From contig CAWBCK010000002.1 of assembly GCA_963787325.1 (NCBI GenBank), positions 108,647 to 172,646 on the forward strand: DNA of 64,000 bases, read 5' to 3'. Below the pieces are notes generated by a model. That model did not search any database. It had not been told where the DNA came from and saw nothing but the letters and a program-made list of their open reading frames with translations. The DNA is from an uncultured Planctomycetota bacterium. Its GTDB lineage: Bacteria; Planctomycetota; Phycisphaerae; UBA1845; JANYLN01. Shown piece after piece: positions 50,129 to 60,477 of this stretch. The translations under genes and the position numbers were made by a program. Positions within the stretch are counted from its first letter, which is position 1. Every line of letters starts with the position of its first letter.

Positions 50129-50524
50129 TTACCCGCCGGCTGCATCCAGGACATGGTCCTCAACATACACCGCCACGTCACTGGCGGACCCCAGCGCGAT
50201 GGCGTCGGACGGCCGGGCGTCAACCTCGATCAACTGGCTGTTCTGCCGGATGACCAGCTTTGCGTAGAAGGTATGTTCGCGCAGATCGTTGATGACGATC
50301 TTTTCCAATTCACCGCCGAGCTGCTCGATGATGGTCGCCAGCAGATCGTGGGTCAGAGGCCGAGGCATCGGGATGCCTTTGAGACGCCGGTCGATCGCCA
50401 TCGCCTCGAAACTGCCGATGACGATCGGGAATGCCCGCTCGCCGTCCCTTTCTCGCAGGACGATGATCTGCTGGTCCGACGTATCGGTGATGATAATCCG
50501 CGACAGATCACATCGTACTTCCAT
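50129..50524 (-). CDS. bifunctional nuclease family protein (DUF151/BFN)
   Basis: IIVLRERDGERAFPIVIGSFEAMAIDRRLKGIPMPRPLTHDLLATIIEQLGGELEKIVINDLREHTFYAKLVI...VDARPSDAIALG. AGGGAG lies before the ATG. Confidence 0.75.
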   Translation of the reverse strand: MEVRCDLSRIIITDTSDQQIIVLRERDGERAFPIVIGSFEAMAIDRRLKGIPMPRPLTHDLLATIIEQLGGELEKIVINDLREHTFYAKLVIRQNSQLIEVDARPSDAIALGSASDVAVYVEDHVLDAAGG

Positions 50525-50653
50525 GGGTAGCTCCCTTAGGCAAGACGGCTGCTTGTAACGCTATAGGCATTGGCGACCAAAATCAAGGATTTTGCTGGCG
50601 TGCGGGCATACGAATTGATAGGCTGCCAGCTGAGGCAGGATGGAGGGGAAACC

Positions 50654-51895
50654 ATGCGCATGTACCACTGGCTCGGGTTCCTGGCGACGGTCTGCCTGCT
50701 CGCCCCGGTCTTTGCCAGCCAGATACCGATCACGTATGTCTCCGAGGTCGCGTTCGACCAGCCTCAGGTCGGCGTCTACCTGCGCGATTCGACTGACTAT
50801 CTGCCTCATGGCACCGGCGGCTATGTCATGCCCGGTCTCCTCGATACCGGTGCCGCCGCACACGTGCTGCCCCGCTATTTATCGGATCAAGTGGAGACGC
50901 CGATCGACCCGGCTGGTCAGGCGGAGATCCTCACCCTGTGCGGCTATACCGAGTTCCTCGATCTGAGTCAGCCGCTGTATATCGGAATTGGCCCTCAGGA
51001 CAGCGAAAATGAGGCCGACTATCTGGAAGTAGGCCCTCAGCGCGTCACCGTCAGAATCACCGATCCGGTTGGGTCCGAGATGCTGGGCTTCCCGATGATC
51101 GTCGGCACTCCCTTTATGAAGGACTTTCCCGTCTATATCGATTATCAGATGATCGAGGTCTATCCGGGGCTTGAACTGCCGCTGCTGGTCACTGCGCCGC
51201 GCGCCGCTGACCAGCCGGCGCCGGGGCCGATCGATCTGACGGTGCCGCTGACCATGCTGGGCGAGACCAACGAGGACCCGGCGGCGGAGATGCCGGCTGC
51301 ATGGTCCGTGCCTTTTCTCGACGTTGTGCTGGACGTGGGAGCGAACCAGGAGCGGCGGTCGTTTATTCTCGACACCGGCGCACAGATCACCTTCATGTCC
51401 TCCGAGGTGGCAGAGTCGCTGGGCATCGATCTGGCCAGCCCCATCCCCGGTTCCGGCCTGCCGGTTGTCGGGGCTGGCACATGCGATGTGACGATCTACG
51501 CCTACTACGTCGACAAACTGATCATCCCGACCAGCGAGGGCACTGCGCTGGCCTTCGTCCAGCCGTATGTGTACGTACTTGACGTCCCCGGTATCGACGG
51601 GGGGATTGGCAGCAACACGCTGTTTGACTTCGAAGAATCGCAGGCCGTCGACATCAACCTGCCCGCTCAGACGCTGGGTCTGAAACTTAACGTGCCGGTC
51701 CCTCCCGGCGGCGATATCAGCGGCGACGGCTACTGCAACATCGGCGATCTGCAATCGCTGGTGGCAGCATGGGCTGCGACCTTCGGCGCGCCCGCCTACA
51801 ACGAATCGGCCGACATCAACCTCGATGGTTACGTGAACGTCGGTGACCTTCAGCTCGTGATCCGCGACTGGGGTCAGGCAACTACTGCGAACTGA
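50654..51895 (+). CDS. secreted tandem retropepsin-like (two DTGA lobes) aspartic protease with a C-terminal dockerin-like module
   Basis: The ATG at 50654 follows GGAGGGG. Signal peptide WLGFLATVCLLAPVFA. GLLDTGAAAHVL and FILDTGAQITFM lie 176 residues apart. C-terminus GDISGDGYCNIGDLQSLVAAW...ADINLDGYVNVGDLQLVIRDWGQ. Confidence 0.65.
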   Translation: MRMYHWLGFLATVCLLAPVFASQIPITYVSEVAFDQPQVGVYLRDSTDYLPHGTGGYVMPGLLDTGAAAHVLPRYLSDQVETPIDPAGQAEILTLCGYTEFLDLSQPLYIGIGPQDSENEADYLEVGPQRVTVRITDPVGSEMLGFPMIVGTPFMKDFPVYIDYQMIEVYPGLELPLLVTAPRAADQPAPGPIDLTVPLTMLGETNEDPAAEMPAAWSVPFLDVVLDVGANQERRSFILDTGAQITFMSSEVAESLGIDLASPIPGSGLPVVGAGTCDVTIYAYYVDKLIIPTSEGTALAFVQPYVYVLDVPGIDGGIGSNTLFDFEESQAVDINLPAQTLGLKLNVPVPPGGDISGDGYCNIGDLQSLVAAWAATFGAPAYNESADINLDGYVNVGDLQLVIRDWGQATTAN

Positions 51896-51937
51896 AGCAC
51901 TGCGAGCGAGGCGACCATTTCGCGTGTCTGTTGAGCA

Positions 51938-51964
51938 GAGATCCTTCGCTTCGCTCAGGATGAC
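51938..51964. repeat. intergenic repeat gagatccttcgcttcgctcaggatgac (translates as ...ILSEAKDL on the minus strand)
   Basis: I recognise this string, from memory only, as a short repeat seen in spurious ORFs of many bacterial genomes. It is followed by a second ggatgaca. Confidence 0.4.
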
Positions 51965-52014
51965 AATGTAACAACAGTGAGGATGACAACTGGGCAACGG
52001 TCAGCTTGAACAGG

Positions 52015-53178
52015 TTATTCCGGCCAGGCGATCTGGCCGCGGATGGCGACGTCCGGGCCGAGCCGGCGCAGCTGGGGCTGACGCAGTCGGGGGGCATTGG
52101 CCAGATCCTGTATGCCACCGGGCCACGGCGTGACCGCCTGGACTGTCGGTGCAGCCGGGGCGCCGCCGCCAATGAGCATCGGGGCGATGAAGATCGCCAG
52201 TTCATCGGCCAGCCGGGCGTCGAGGAACTGTCCGAGCAGGTAGCCGCCGCCTTCGATCATGATGTTGGTCATATCCTGCTCGGCGCACCAGGTGAGCAGG
52301 GCCTTCAGGTCGACGTAGCCCTCGGCGGTCTGCGGCAGCGGCAGTACCTGGCACCCTTCGTCCTGCAGGGCCGCGGTTTTCTGGCTGTGTTCGTCAGTGG
52401 CCTGTTCGATACAAACGATTGTAGTGGCGACATCGCGCGCCGTTCGCACCAGTTGGCTGTAGAGGGGTGTGCTCAGCCGGCCGTCTATAACGATGCGCCG
52501 GGCGACGCGGCGAGGGCGCACCATGCGGCAGGTCAGTTGCGGATCGTCGGCGGCGACAGTGCCTGCACCGACGAGGACGGCATCGACGTAGCTGCGGATG
52601 CGATGGGCCTCCTTGCGGGCCAGATCCCCGGTGATCCACTGGCTGTGGCCGGCGGCAGTGGCGAGTTTGCCGTCAAGGCTCTGTGCCCATTTGAGGATGA
52701 CCCAGGGCATGCTTGTTGTCAGTCGTTTGAGGTAAGGGGCGTTGAGCCGGCGGGCCTCGTCTTCGAGCAGACCGGCTGATACCTCGACGCCGGCCTCACG
52801 CAGGCGCGCCAATCCCTTGCCGACGACGTCCGGAAAGGGGTCGGTCATGGCGGCGACCACGCGCGACACGCCGCTGGCAAGAAGCGCCTCCGTGCAGGGG
52901 CCCGTCTTGCCCTGGTGACAGCAGGGTTCGAGCGTGACATAAGCGGTCGTGCCGCGGGCGGCCTCGCCCGCCTGACGCAGGGCGTCCACTTCGGCATGCG
53001 GCCCGCCGAATTTCCGGTGATAGCCCTCGGCAACGGTTTTGCCGTTTCTGACCAGGACGCAACCAACCATCGGGTTAGGCTCGACGCTGCCGCGGCCCCT
53101 GGCGGCCAGGGCCAGCGCGCGTCGCATGAACCGGCGGTCGCTGCTTTGATCGATGTTTGAGGTCTGATCCGCTGTCAC
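52015..53178 (-). CDS. ribD: bifunctional riboflavin biosynthesis protein RibD (deaminase/reductase)
   Basis: CMP/dCMP deaminase motifs HAEVDAL and TLEPCCHQGKTGPC, followed by a reductase domain (WVILKWAQSLDGK...GGG). GTG at 53178 after GGGGAG is proposed as the start (the ORF track uses TTG 53220). Confidence 0.9.
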   Translation of the reverse strand: MTADQTSNIDQSSDRRFMRRALALAARGRGSVEPNPMVGCVLVRNGKTVAEGYHRKFGGPHAEVDALRQAGEAARGTTAYVTLEPCCHQGKTGPCTEALLASGVSRVVAAMTDPFPDVVGKGLARLREAGVEVSAGLLEDEARRLNAPYLKRLTTSMPWVILKWAQSLDGKLATAAGHSQWITGDLARKEAHRIRSYVDAVLVGAGTVAADDPQLTCRMVRPRRVARRIVIDGRLSTPLYSQLVRTARDVATTIVCIEQATDEHSQKTAALQDEGCQVLPLPQTAEGYVDLKALLTWCAEQDMTNIMIEGGGYLLGQFLDARLADELAIFIAPMLIGGGAPAAPTVQAVTPWPGGIQDLANAPRLRQPQLRRLGPDVAIRGQIAWPE

Positions 53179-53401
53179 GTTTGCTCCCCGTCGGCTGACA
53201 ATCGCGTTGCGGCCGGGCAATGGTCAGCGTCGGTTTTCTCTTAAGATTGATGTTACCTGCGCGGTTCTGCCATCTATAAGCCTATTATAGCTCGACCCGT
53301 TCGCGCCGGTAGTCCTAGACAGGCCGGACGTTGCGTCCCGGCCGGGTAGCACTACAATCAGATACCGACAGAAGGAGATGCCCTCGCGGCAATAACTACC
53401 T

Positions 53402-54232
53402 ATGGCAATGGCAGTGACACCCAAACTGGCCGGGTTGGGTCGGCGGAGCGTGGCGCGGATCGAGGATCTGGGGGATTTTTCGATCTTCTCCTGGCAGACG
53501 TTCCGGTCGATCGGGCGTGGCGTGTTTACGCGGCGCGGCTGGCGGAACCTGGCGCCGCAGGCCTACCTGATCGGCGTGATGAGCGTGCCGGTCCTGATGA
53601 TCACGGGCCTGTTCGTCGGGATGGTGCTGGCGGTCCAGACGGTTGAGCAGTTTGCGTCCATCGGCATGGAAGAGCGCATGGGCGTCGTGGTCAACATGAG
53701 CGTGCTGCGCGAGCTGGGGCCGGTGCTGAGTGGCATCATGCTGGCCGGCCGGGTCGGTGGTGCTCTGACGGCGGAACTCGGCACGATGAAGGTGACCGAA
53801 CAGATCGACGCGTTGCGGGCCATGGGCACGCACCCGATCCGCTTTCTCGTCGTGCCGCGCTTCCTGGCGTGCCTGCTGCTGACGCCGCTGCTGACGTTCT
53901 ACAGCGACCTGGTCGCGTCACTGGGCGGCTGGTATATCACGGTGCAGATCTATGGTGTGCAGTCGTTCGCCTATTGGCGATACACCGCCAACGCGATCGA
54001 ATGGTGGGATTTCCTGACCGGTTTCGTAAAGAGCCTCCTGTTCGGCGGTGCGCTGGGATTGATCGCCTGCTACAAGGGGTTCCGGTGCGAGCCTGGCGCC
54101 GAGGGGGTCGGACGCGCGACGACCGATGCGTTCGTTTCGTCGTTCGTGGCGATCCTGATCCTGGATTTCTTCAGCTCGGTATTCATGCAGGCGATGTACC
54201 GGGGAATCTGGGGATTCAAGTCCTCGTTCTGA
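53402..54232 (+). CDS. mlaE: MlaE-family ABC transporter permease
   Basis: 276 aa, with the typical MlaE C-terminus GAEGVGRATTDAFVSSFVAILILDF. It is followed by the ATPase and MCE genes. Confidence 0.85.
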   Translation: MAMAVTPKLAGLGRRSVARIEDLGDFSIFSWQTFRSIGRGVFTRRGWRNLAPQAYLIGVMSVPVLMITGLFVGMVLAVQTVEQFASIGMEERMGVVVNMSVLRELGPVLSGIMLAGRVGGALTAELGTMKVTEQIDALRAMGTHPIRFLVVPRFLACLLLTPLLTFYSDLVASLGGWYITVQIYGVQSFAYWRYTANAIEWWDFLTGFVKSLLFGGALGLIACYKGFRCEPGAEGVGRATTDAFVSSFVAILILDFFSSVFMQAMYRGIWGFKSSF

Positions 54233-54334
54233 ACGAACGACAGGGTCTGCAACGGCAAAACTGTAGCGATGGGGATCGGGGAAACGGGTTGATTCTGTGG
54301 TCGTGACTGGCTCGGCGGCACGTGGGTATCGTGT

Positions 54335-55153
54335 ATGGCGGATAAGGACAAGACAGGTTCCTCGCAGGAGGCCCAAGGTGGGCGGCCATCTGTTCTGGAG
54401 TTGCGGAACGTCTACAAGAGCTTCGGGGCCCTGGACGTCCTGTGTGGGGTCGATCTGGCGGTCGAAGAAGCCAGGACGCTGGTTATTCTTGGGGCCAGTG
54501 GCTCAGGCAAGAGCGTTACGCTCAAGATCCTCATCGGGCTGCTCAAGCCGAATAGAGGCGAGGTCTTTTTTCACGGCCGGCGGATTGATAGCCTGTCTGA
54601 GCGAGACCTGGTAAAGATCCGCACGCGCATCGGGTTTGTGTTTCAGATGGGCGCCCTGTTCGACTCGCTGGACGTTGGCGAAAACGTTGCTTTCGCGCTG
54701 CGGGAGCACACCGATTACGGCGAAGACAAGATCCGCAGCATCGTGCACGAGAAGCTCCGGCTGGTCGGGCTGGAGGGGGTCGAATCGAAGATGCCGGTGG
54801 ACCTGTCCGGCGGACAACGCAAACGCGTGGCGATCGCCCGGGCCCTGGCGACAGACCCGGAAGTGGTCTTTTTCGACGAGCCGACGACGGGACTTGACCC
54901 CGTGCGGGCCGACGTCATGAACGAACTGATCCTCAAACTGCGGCAGGACCTGAATGTTACGCAGGTCGTTGTCACGCACGATATGCACAGCGCGTTCAAG
55001 GTCGCCGACCGGCTGGTCATGCTATATGACGGCAAACTGATCATCGACGGCACGGCTGAGCAGATCCGCCGCTCGAAGGACGAACGCGTCAGCCAGTTCG
55101 TCGAGGGCAAGGCCTCCCGCGAGGACATCGAAGCCCTCCGGACGAAAAGGTGA
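54335..55153 (+). CDS. mlaF: MlaF-like ABC transporter ATP-binding protein
   Basis: Walker A GASGSGKS, signature LSGGQRKR, Walker B VVFFDEPT, H-loop THD. Confidence 0.85.
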   Translation: MADKDKTGSSQEAQGGRPSVLELRNVYKSFGALDVLCGVDLAVEEARTLVILGASGSGKSVTLKILIGLLKPNRGEVFFHGRRIDSLSERDLVKIRTRIGFVFQMGALFDSLDVGENVAFALREHTDYGEDKIRSIVHEKLRLVGLEGVESKMPVDLSGGQRKRVAIARALATDPEVVFFDEPTTGLDPVRADVMNELILKLRQDLNVTQVVVTHDMHSAFKVADRLVMLYDGKLIIDGTAEQIRRSKDERVSQFVEGKASREDIEALRTKR

Positions 55154-55159
55154 GGACCT

Positions 55160-56270
55160 ATGACTGAGCGACAACGGAATATCGCGATCGGACTGTTTGT
55201 GCTGGGAGGCTTCCTGGCGTTGGCGATCCTGGTGCTGCTGTTCGGCGCGTTTCCCAATGTGATCAGCGGCGGCACCTACAGCGTGGGGATCATCTTCCAG
55301 AGCGAGGTCGAGGATATCCCCGTCGATACCGATGTCTTCATGCTGGGCAAACGCATCGGCCGGGTCACGAAAGTGCAGTGGCTCGGCGGCAGGCCTTCGC
55401 AGGCCGCCCGTGATGTTGTCGAGATCAATGGCGTCAAGGCTACCGTCGAAATCGAAGAGCATGTCGATATCCCAAGGAACGCCATCGCTACGTTCAAGGA
55501 GGCGGCGATCGGTTTCGGGCGGAGCCGCGTTCAGATCAAAGTGCCCCTGGGCGTGCCGACCGAATACCTGGTCAAGAACGGCACGGCCACGATGGTGGGG
55601 CAGGTTATCGGGCCGTTTGAGCAGATCATTCCCAAGAAGATGGGCGTGACGCTCGAGAAGGCCGCTACGCAGATCGGTGGGCTGGCCGAGGCGCTGACGC
55701 CGGCGGCCAAGGATATCCATCAACTGCTCAAACCCGTCTCGCTCGAAAAGATCAACTCCGGCGAGGCGGTGGGCAACCTCAGTAGCGCATTGCAGCGGCT
55801 GGACACCGCGCTGGCCAACATTAACGACGTGATTGGCAAGCCGCAGGTCAAGCAGGACATCATCGTGACAGTGAGCAACGTCCGAGAGGCCAGCGAGCAG
55901 CTCAAGGGTGCGATTGCCGACGTCAAGGCCTTCGCGAAGTCGGCCCGGGCGACAGCCGAGAATGCCGAGACTCTGCCAAAGAACATCAGGGATCTGCTGG
56001 ACAACGCCCAAGGCCGGATCGATTCGATCGCCCAGCATCTGATCGCCAATTCCAACAGCATCGAAGAGGTCCTCCAGGGCGTCAACAAGGCCGTAAACGA
56101 GATGAATCAGGGCAAGGGCACCCTTGGCAATCTGGTCTACAACAACAAGCTGGTACGAGGCGCTGACGTTGACAGCCCAACGCATGGCGGCGGTCATGGC
56201 GGACATGCGGTCGCTGATCAAGACCTGGCAGGACCAGGGCGTGCGCATCGAGAGCCTCAAACTGCGATAG
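55160..56270 (+). CDS. mlaD: MCE/MlaD-family substrate-binding protein; frameshift near 56155
   Basis: N-terminal TM IAIGLFVLGGFLALAILVLLF, MCE domain (YSVGIIFQSEVEDIPVDTDVFMLGKRIGRVTKV), helical C-terminal region. The shifted end YEALTLTAQRMAAVMADMRSLIKTWQDQGVRIESLKLR* stops at 56268-56270 (my translation). Confidence 0.75.
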
Positions 56271-56459
56271 CAGCCGGCGGGCGCTGCAGGCTGGGCTTTC
56301 GGCCGTATACAATTCTCTGGTCGAGAAAGGGCCGGCCGGGGTCGATGTGTCAGGGCTGGTGCCGGCCAGATACCTTGCCGCTGTTGCGGGCAGGGGTAGT
56401 CCCTTTGTTTGGGCTGGGGCGGCGATTCCTTCGGGAGCGGTGCGGACAAGGAGCGGCAG

Positions 56460-59400
56460 GTGAGAAGGCAAAGGTCGATACTCCGGCCTTTCTGGCGATT
56501 CTGCGCGATCGGGCTGGCGGTCAGTGTCAGCGTGGCTGCGTTCTACGCGGCCGGCCTGACGCGCCAGTTCGAGGCCTGGACGCTCGACCTTCGCTTCCGC
56601 TATACCAACCGGCAACTCAAACAGTCCGACCAGATCCGCCTGATTGCCATCGATGACCAGTCGCTGCGGCAGGTGGGGCGATGGCCCTGGCCGCGCAGCC
56701 ACATCGCCGACATGGTCGACGTTCTGCGCGAGGCCGGCGCGGCCCGGATCGTAATGGACCTGCACTTTCCCGAGCCGCAACGGATCCAGGAATATGACGA
56801 GTCGGTCGCGTCAGCCGTTGCGACGGCTGGCAGTTCGCGGGCGGTCTCCTACGACGCGATGTTCGCCGATGCGATCCGGCGAGCCGGAGACGTCTACCTG
56901 CCGGTCGTTGCCGATCCTGTCTCCGGCGATGTCGACCTGCCGGCGGCGCGGCGGACTGCCCGGAAGCTCGACAAGCGGTCGCGGAGATTGACGGAGGATC
57001 AGTTCAGCCGGCAGGTGCATCTGCCGGCTGCGCTGTTGGGCCCGGACGCGTGGTTGCGAAGCAGGATGGCGATGTTGCTTCGTCAGCGGTTCTGGCTGTC
57101 GTCTGATCAGGCCTCGCTACGCGGCTGGGTGAGCCGGTCGAGAAGGTCAGCAGCTGGATCAGCACGGTCAAGCAGAAGGTCGCGCTGGAGCTGGCAGACC
57201 GGTACGTTAGCATCAGACGGCACGGCACGGTGCGCTCTTTTGAAAACACGATTCTCACAGGGCCGGACGCGCCCGTTGGTCTGGACTCGCCAGAGATCCG
57301 CTGGGCATGGCAGCAGGCTCGCGCCAGAAAAATTGTCCGCGATACGCTGATTGCCTGGCCGGGCGATTGTCCTGCCGATCGCAGAACCGAACTGATGCAG
57401 GTGGCCAGCTCAACTGACGTGCAGGTGCCGATTGAACCGCTGGCGGCGCATGCAGCCGGTTTCGGCCACGTTGCGGTTGTACCGTTGACCGACGGTGTGC
57501 GGCAGACTCCGCGAATCGGACGGTGTGGTTCGCAGACTGCCGCTGTTGATCCGTTGGGACGGCAAGCTGCATCCCGCAGACTGGCTCTTCGCGTTGCAGG
57601 GGACATGCTCGGGTATGACTGGTCGCACATGCGCGTTGAGCCAGGGCAGGTGGATATTCCCAGGCGCGATGGCACGGTGGTCCGACTGCCGGTCGACGAA
57701 ACCGGCCAGACACTGCTGAACTGGTACTATCCCGGCGATCAGTGGCAGACGTGCTTCGCCGGGCCGGTCCCCGCGGGGGCTGTCCTGCAAATCCCCCAGG
57801 CGCAGCGGACAATCCGCCGGAACGAGGCATGGTGGCGCAGCCGGCTGGCTCATGTGGTCGAGCTGATCCAGCCGAGCGAATTCAATCATTACATTCGGCT
57901 GGAGCAGCGCATCGCGGACATCGAACGCAGACTGCAAGGAAGGGCCGCTGCGACCGAACCGAAGATGTATCGCAGCCTCCAGGACCAGTTGCAGGAGCTG
58001 CGCACCGGCGAGAAGAAGATCAGCACCGCCTGTGTGGATTGGCTCAAGCAGGAGGGACCGTTTCTGAGGGCCGGCGTTGAGCAGGCGTCTGCATTCGGTA
58101 TGCTCCTGGCCCCGCCCTGGCTGATGCGATACGGCAACATCGAACCGGGCTGCGCCGGGTTGCCAGGTTTTCAGGAGACCGGGGACCTGCTGGCGCCGTT
58201 TGCGAGACTTGCCCAGTATACGGATCTGCAATCGCTTTATAGCGAGGCCGTGCACGTAGAACGGACCAATGCCCGGCTGGAGCGGCAGGTCGACGCGAGC
58301 AAGAAGGAGTTGGCGCAGGAAGCCTGTCTGGCAAAACATGCCTGGTCGGTTACACCGCTTCCGCGCTGGCAGATACTGTCAGTACGCCGGTCTGGGCGGT
58401 CGCCCCGGGTGTGATGACGCACGCGCAGCTGCTCAACAGCCTGCTGGAGGATCGGCTGATCCGTTCCCTCAGCCTGCCCGCCAACGTCGCGATCGTGCTG
58501 CTGTGCTGCCTGCTGGTCACAGTGGTTACTGCCGCACAGGGGCCCCGGGCCAGTCTCGGCTCGATGATAGCGGCGTGCGCGATCTACGCCCTGTTTGCCG
58601 CCGGCGTGTTGTTCCAGTATGCCGGTATCGATGTGGCTGTGGCCACCCCGCTGATCGGGATGTTTGTAACCTGGGCGATGATCACGTCGTACCGGGAACT
58701 GACCGAGGAGCGTTCGAAGCGGCATTTTGCCCGGACGTTGCGTCAGTACACCTCGCCGGCGCTGGCCCGTCAGATGGCGGAGAACCCCGACGTGGTGACC
58801 AAGGCCGAGACGCGCGAGGTGACCTGTTTCTTCAGCGATCTGAAGGGTTTTACCGGCATCAGCGAACGGATCGGCGCCCAGGCGACCCAGCAGATCCTCA
58901 ACGTTTACCTTGAGAGGATGACCGAAGTGCTCGACCGGCACGAGGCGCTTATCAACAAGTTCCTCGGCGACGGGATCTTCGCGTTCTTCAACCCGGCGAT
59001 CCATCCTCAGGCGGATCATGCGCGGCGTGCCTGCGTCGCCAGCCTGGAGGCCATGGCGGCGCTGGAAGACTTGAAACGTCGGGCCGGCGCGGACCTTTAC
59101 GGTTCGCTGCAGATGCGAATCGGCCTGGCCAGCGGTATGGCGGTCGTCGGCAACTGCGGTTCGGAGCGCAAGTTCGACTACACGTGCATCGGCGATACGG
59201 TCAACCTGGCCAGCCGGCTGGAAGGGGCCAACAAGACCTTCGGCACCGGCATCCTGATCAACGCGCGGTGTAAAGAACTGCTGTCGGGCGAATTCAGTCT
59301 GCGGTACATCGGCCGGGTGCTGGTAGTTGGCCGGACGACCTACGAAGATACCTATGAGCTTATCGGCCAGGCCGGGAACCTGAACCCCGCGACGGCCGAA

Positions 59401-59598
59401 GCCGTCGAGTGCTTCGAGCAGGCCGTCCGCTGCTTCATTGCCGGCAACGTATCACGAGCGAAAGAGGGTTTCGCCGGGTGTCTGCAACGACGGCCTGAGG
59501 ACACGGCGGCACGTGTGTACCTGAGCCTTTGCGAGTCGTATACCCAAACCGGCTTGCCCAAAGACTGGGCCGGCAGCGTAGAACTGGCGGGCAAGTAG
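56460..59598 (+). CDS. CHASE2 sensor domain - TM - class III adenylate/guanylate cyclase; at least 4 frameshifts (near 57115, 57500, 57575, 58340)
   Basis: GTG at 56460 follows AAGGAG. CHASE2 pattern RLIAIDDQSLRQVGRWPWPRSHIADMVDVLREAGAARIVMDLHFPEP, FGHVAVVP...DGVVRRLPLLIRWDG, TPVWAVAPGVMTHAQLLNSLLE. Three TM segments. Cyclase motifs CFFSDLKGFT, KFLGDGIFAFF, GDTVNLASRLEG. The pieces are ORFs 56409-57350, 57230-58414, 57495-57719 and 58411-59598. Confidence 0.7.
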
Positions 59599-59616
59599 GA
59601 TTTCAGACTAGCCAGA

Positions 59617-59645
59617 TTGACATATCGCCCGGCAATACGTATACT
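59617..59645 (+). promoter_or_regulatory. sigma-70-type promoter TTGACA-N17-TATACT upstream of the vapBC-like pair
   Basis: TTGACA at 59617-59622, a 17-nt spacer, TATACT at 59640-59645. GGAG and the ATG at 59676 follow. Confidence 0.55.
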
Positions 59646-59675
59646 ACCGCTAATGATGTACGTATCGGAGTTGTT

Positions 59676-59930
59676 ATGACCAGGAAATTGACACTGAGCG
59701 CCGACGAAGAGGTCATCAAGCAGGCCAAGCGCCTGGCTGCGGAGAATCGTACTACGGTTTCCGCTATGTTCGCGCGGATGATCCGGGCGATGGCCTCCCG
59801 CCAGGCCGGCGACATCCCGATCGGACCGATCGCAAGCAAAGCAACGGGTCTGGTGAAACTTCCCAAGGGCAAGACCGATCGTGAGCTGATAACCGAGGCG
59901 CTTACCGATAAGTACGGGCGACGAAGGTGA
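59676..59930 (+). CDS. antitoxin of the VapBC-like pair (84 aa)
   Basis: MTRKLTLSADEEVIKQAKRLAAENRTTVSAMFARMIRAMA. GGAG lies before the ATG. Its stop overlaps the PIN gene start (GTGA). Confidence 0.6.
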   Translation: MTRKLTLSADEEVIKQAKRLAAENRTTVSAMFARMIRAMASRQAGDIPIGPIASKATGLVKLPKGKTDRELITEALTDKYGRRR

Positions 59931-60343
59931 ATGTCTTCTTCGATACGAACATCCTGCTTGATGTGCTGGCCGAACGGTTACCCTTCTACAAACATTCCGT
60001 CGGAGCCTGGTCGCTGGCCGAGGCTGGCCGGATTACGGGGGCGGTCTCAGCTATTACCCTCGCGAACCTTTATTACATCCTCCGGAAATGGGCGGACGAT
60101 AAGACGGCTCGCCGAGGCGTGCGTCTGGCAAGAAGCGTATTCGACGTGGTCGCCTGTGACAAACAGATCATCGACGAGGCTCTTGCGGCCGACTTGCCTG
60201 ACTTCGAGGATGCGATCCAGATGTTCAGCGCCTTACGCGCGGGTTCAAAGTGCATACTGACCCGCAATCCACATCACTTTGAGAAATCCAGCCTAATCGT
60301 TCTGGCCCCGGCTGAATTCCTCGATGTCTACCCGCAACTCTGA
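59927..60343 (+). CDS. vapC: PIN-domain toxin (VapC-like ribonuclease)
   Basis: FFDTNILLDVL, DFEDAIQ, ILTRNPHHF. The acidic residues are spaced as in PIN domains. 138 aa. Confidence 0.8.
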   Translation: MNVFFDTNILLDVLAERLPFYKHSVGAWSLAEAGRITGAVSAITLANLYYILRKWADDKTARRGVRLARSVFDVVACDKQIIDEALAADLPDFEDAIQMFSALRAGSKCILTRNPHHFEKSSLIVLAPAEFLDVYPQL

Positions 60344-60477
60344 AGCATTTCCAGCCCAGACGTAGCGGGCACGACCATGGCCCTGTAACAGCGCAGGACC
60401 ATGCCACCCGGGATCTTGGCAGCCCAGCCGCTACACCTGGATTGGGTCTGCTCTAAACTGGCTGATCCGGTGTCGGC

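Noticed and set aside
53179-53401. FMN riboswitch expected upstream of ribD
   Set aside because: Neither strand shows the conserved FMN-element blocks (GGGCAGGGUGAAAUUCCC... / ...CCGACGGU...AGUCCGGAUG). The region looks like a short divergent promoter region shared with mlaE.
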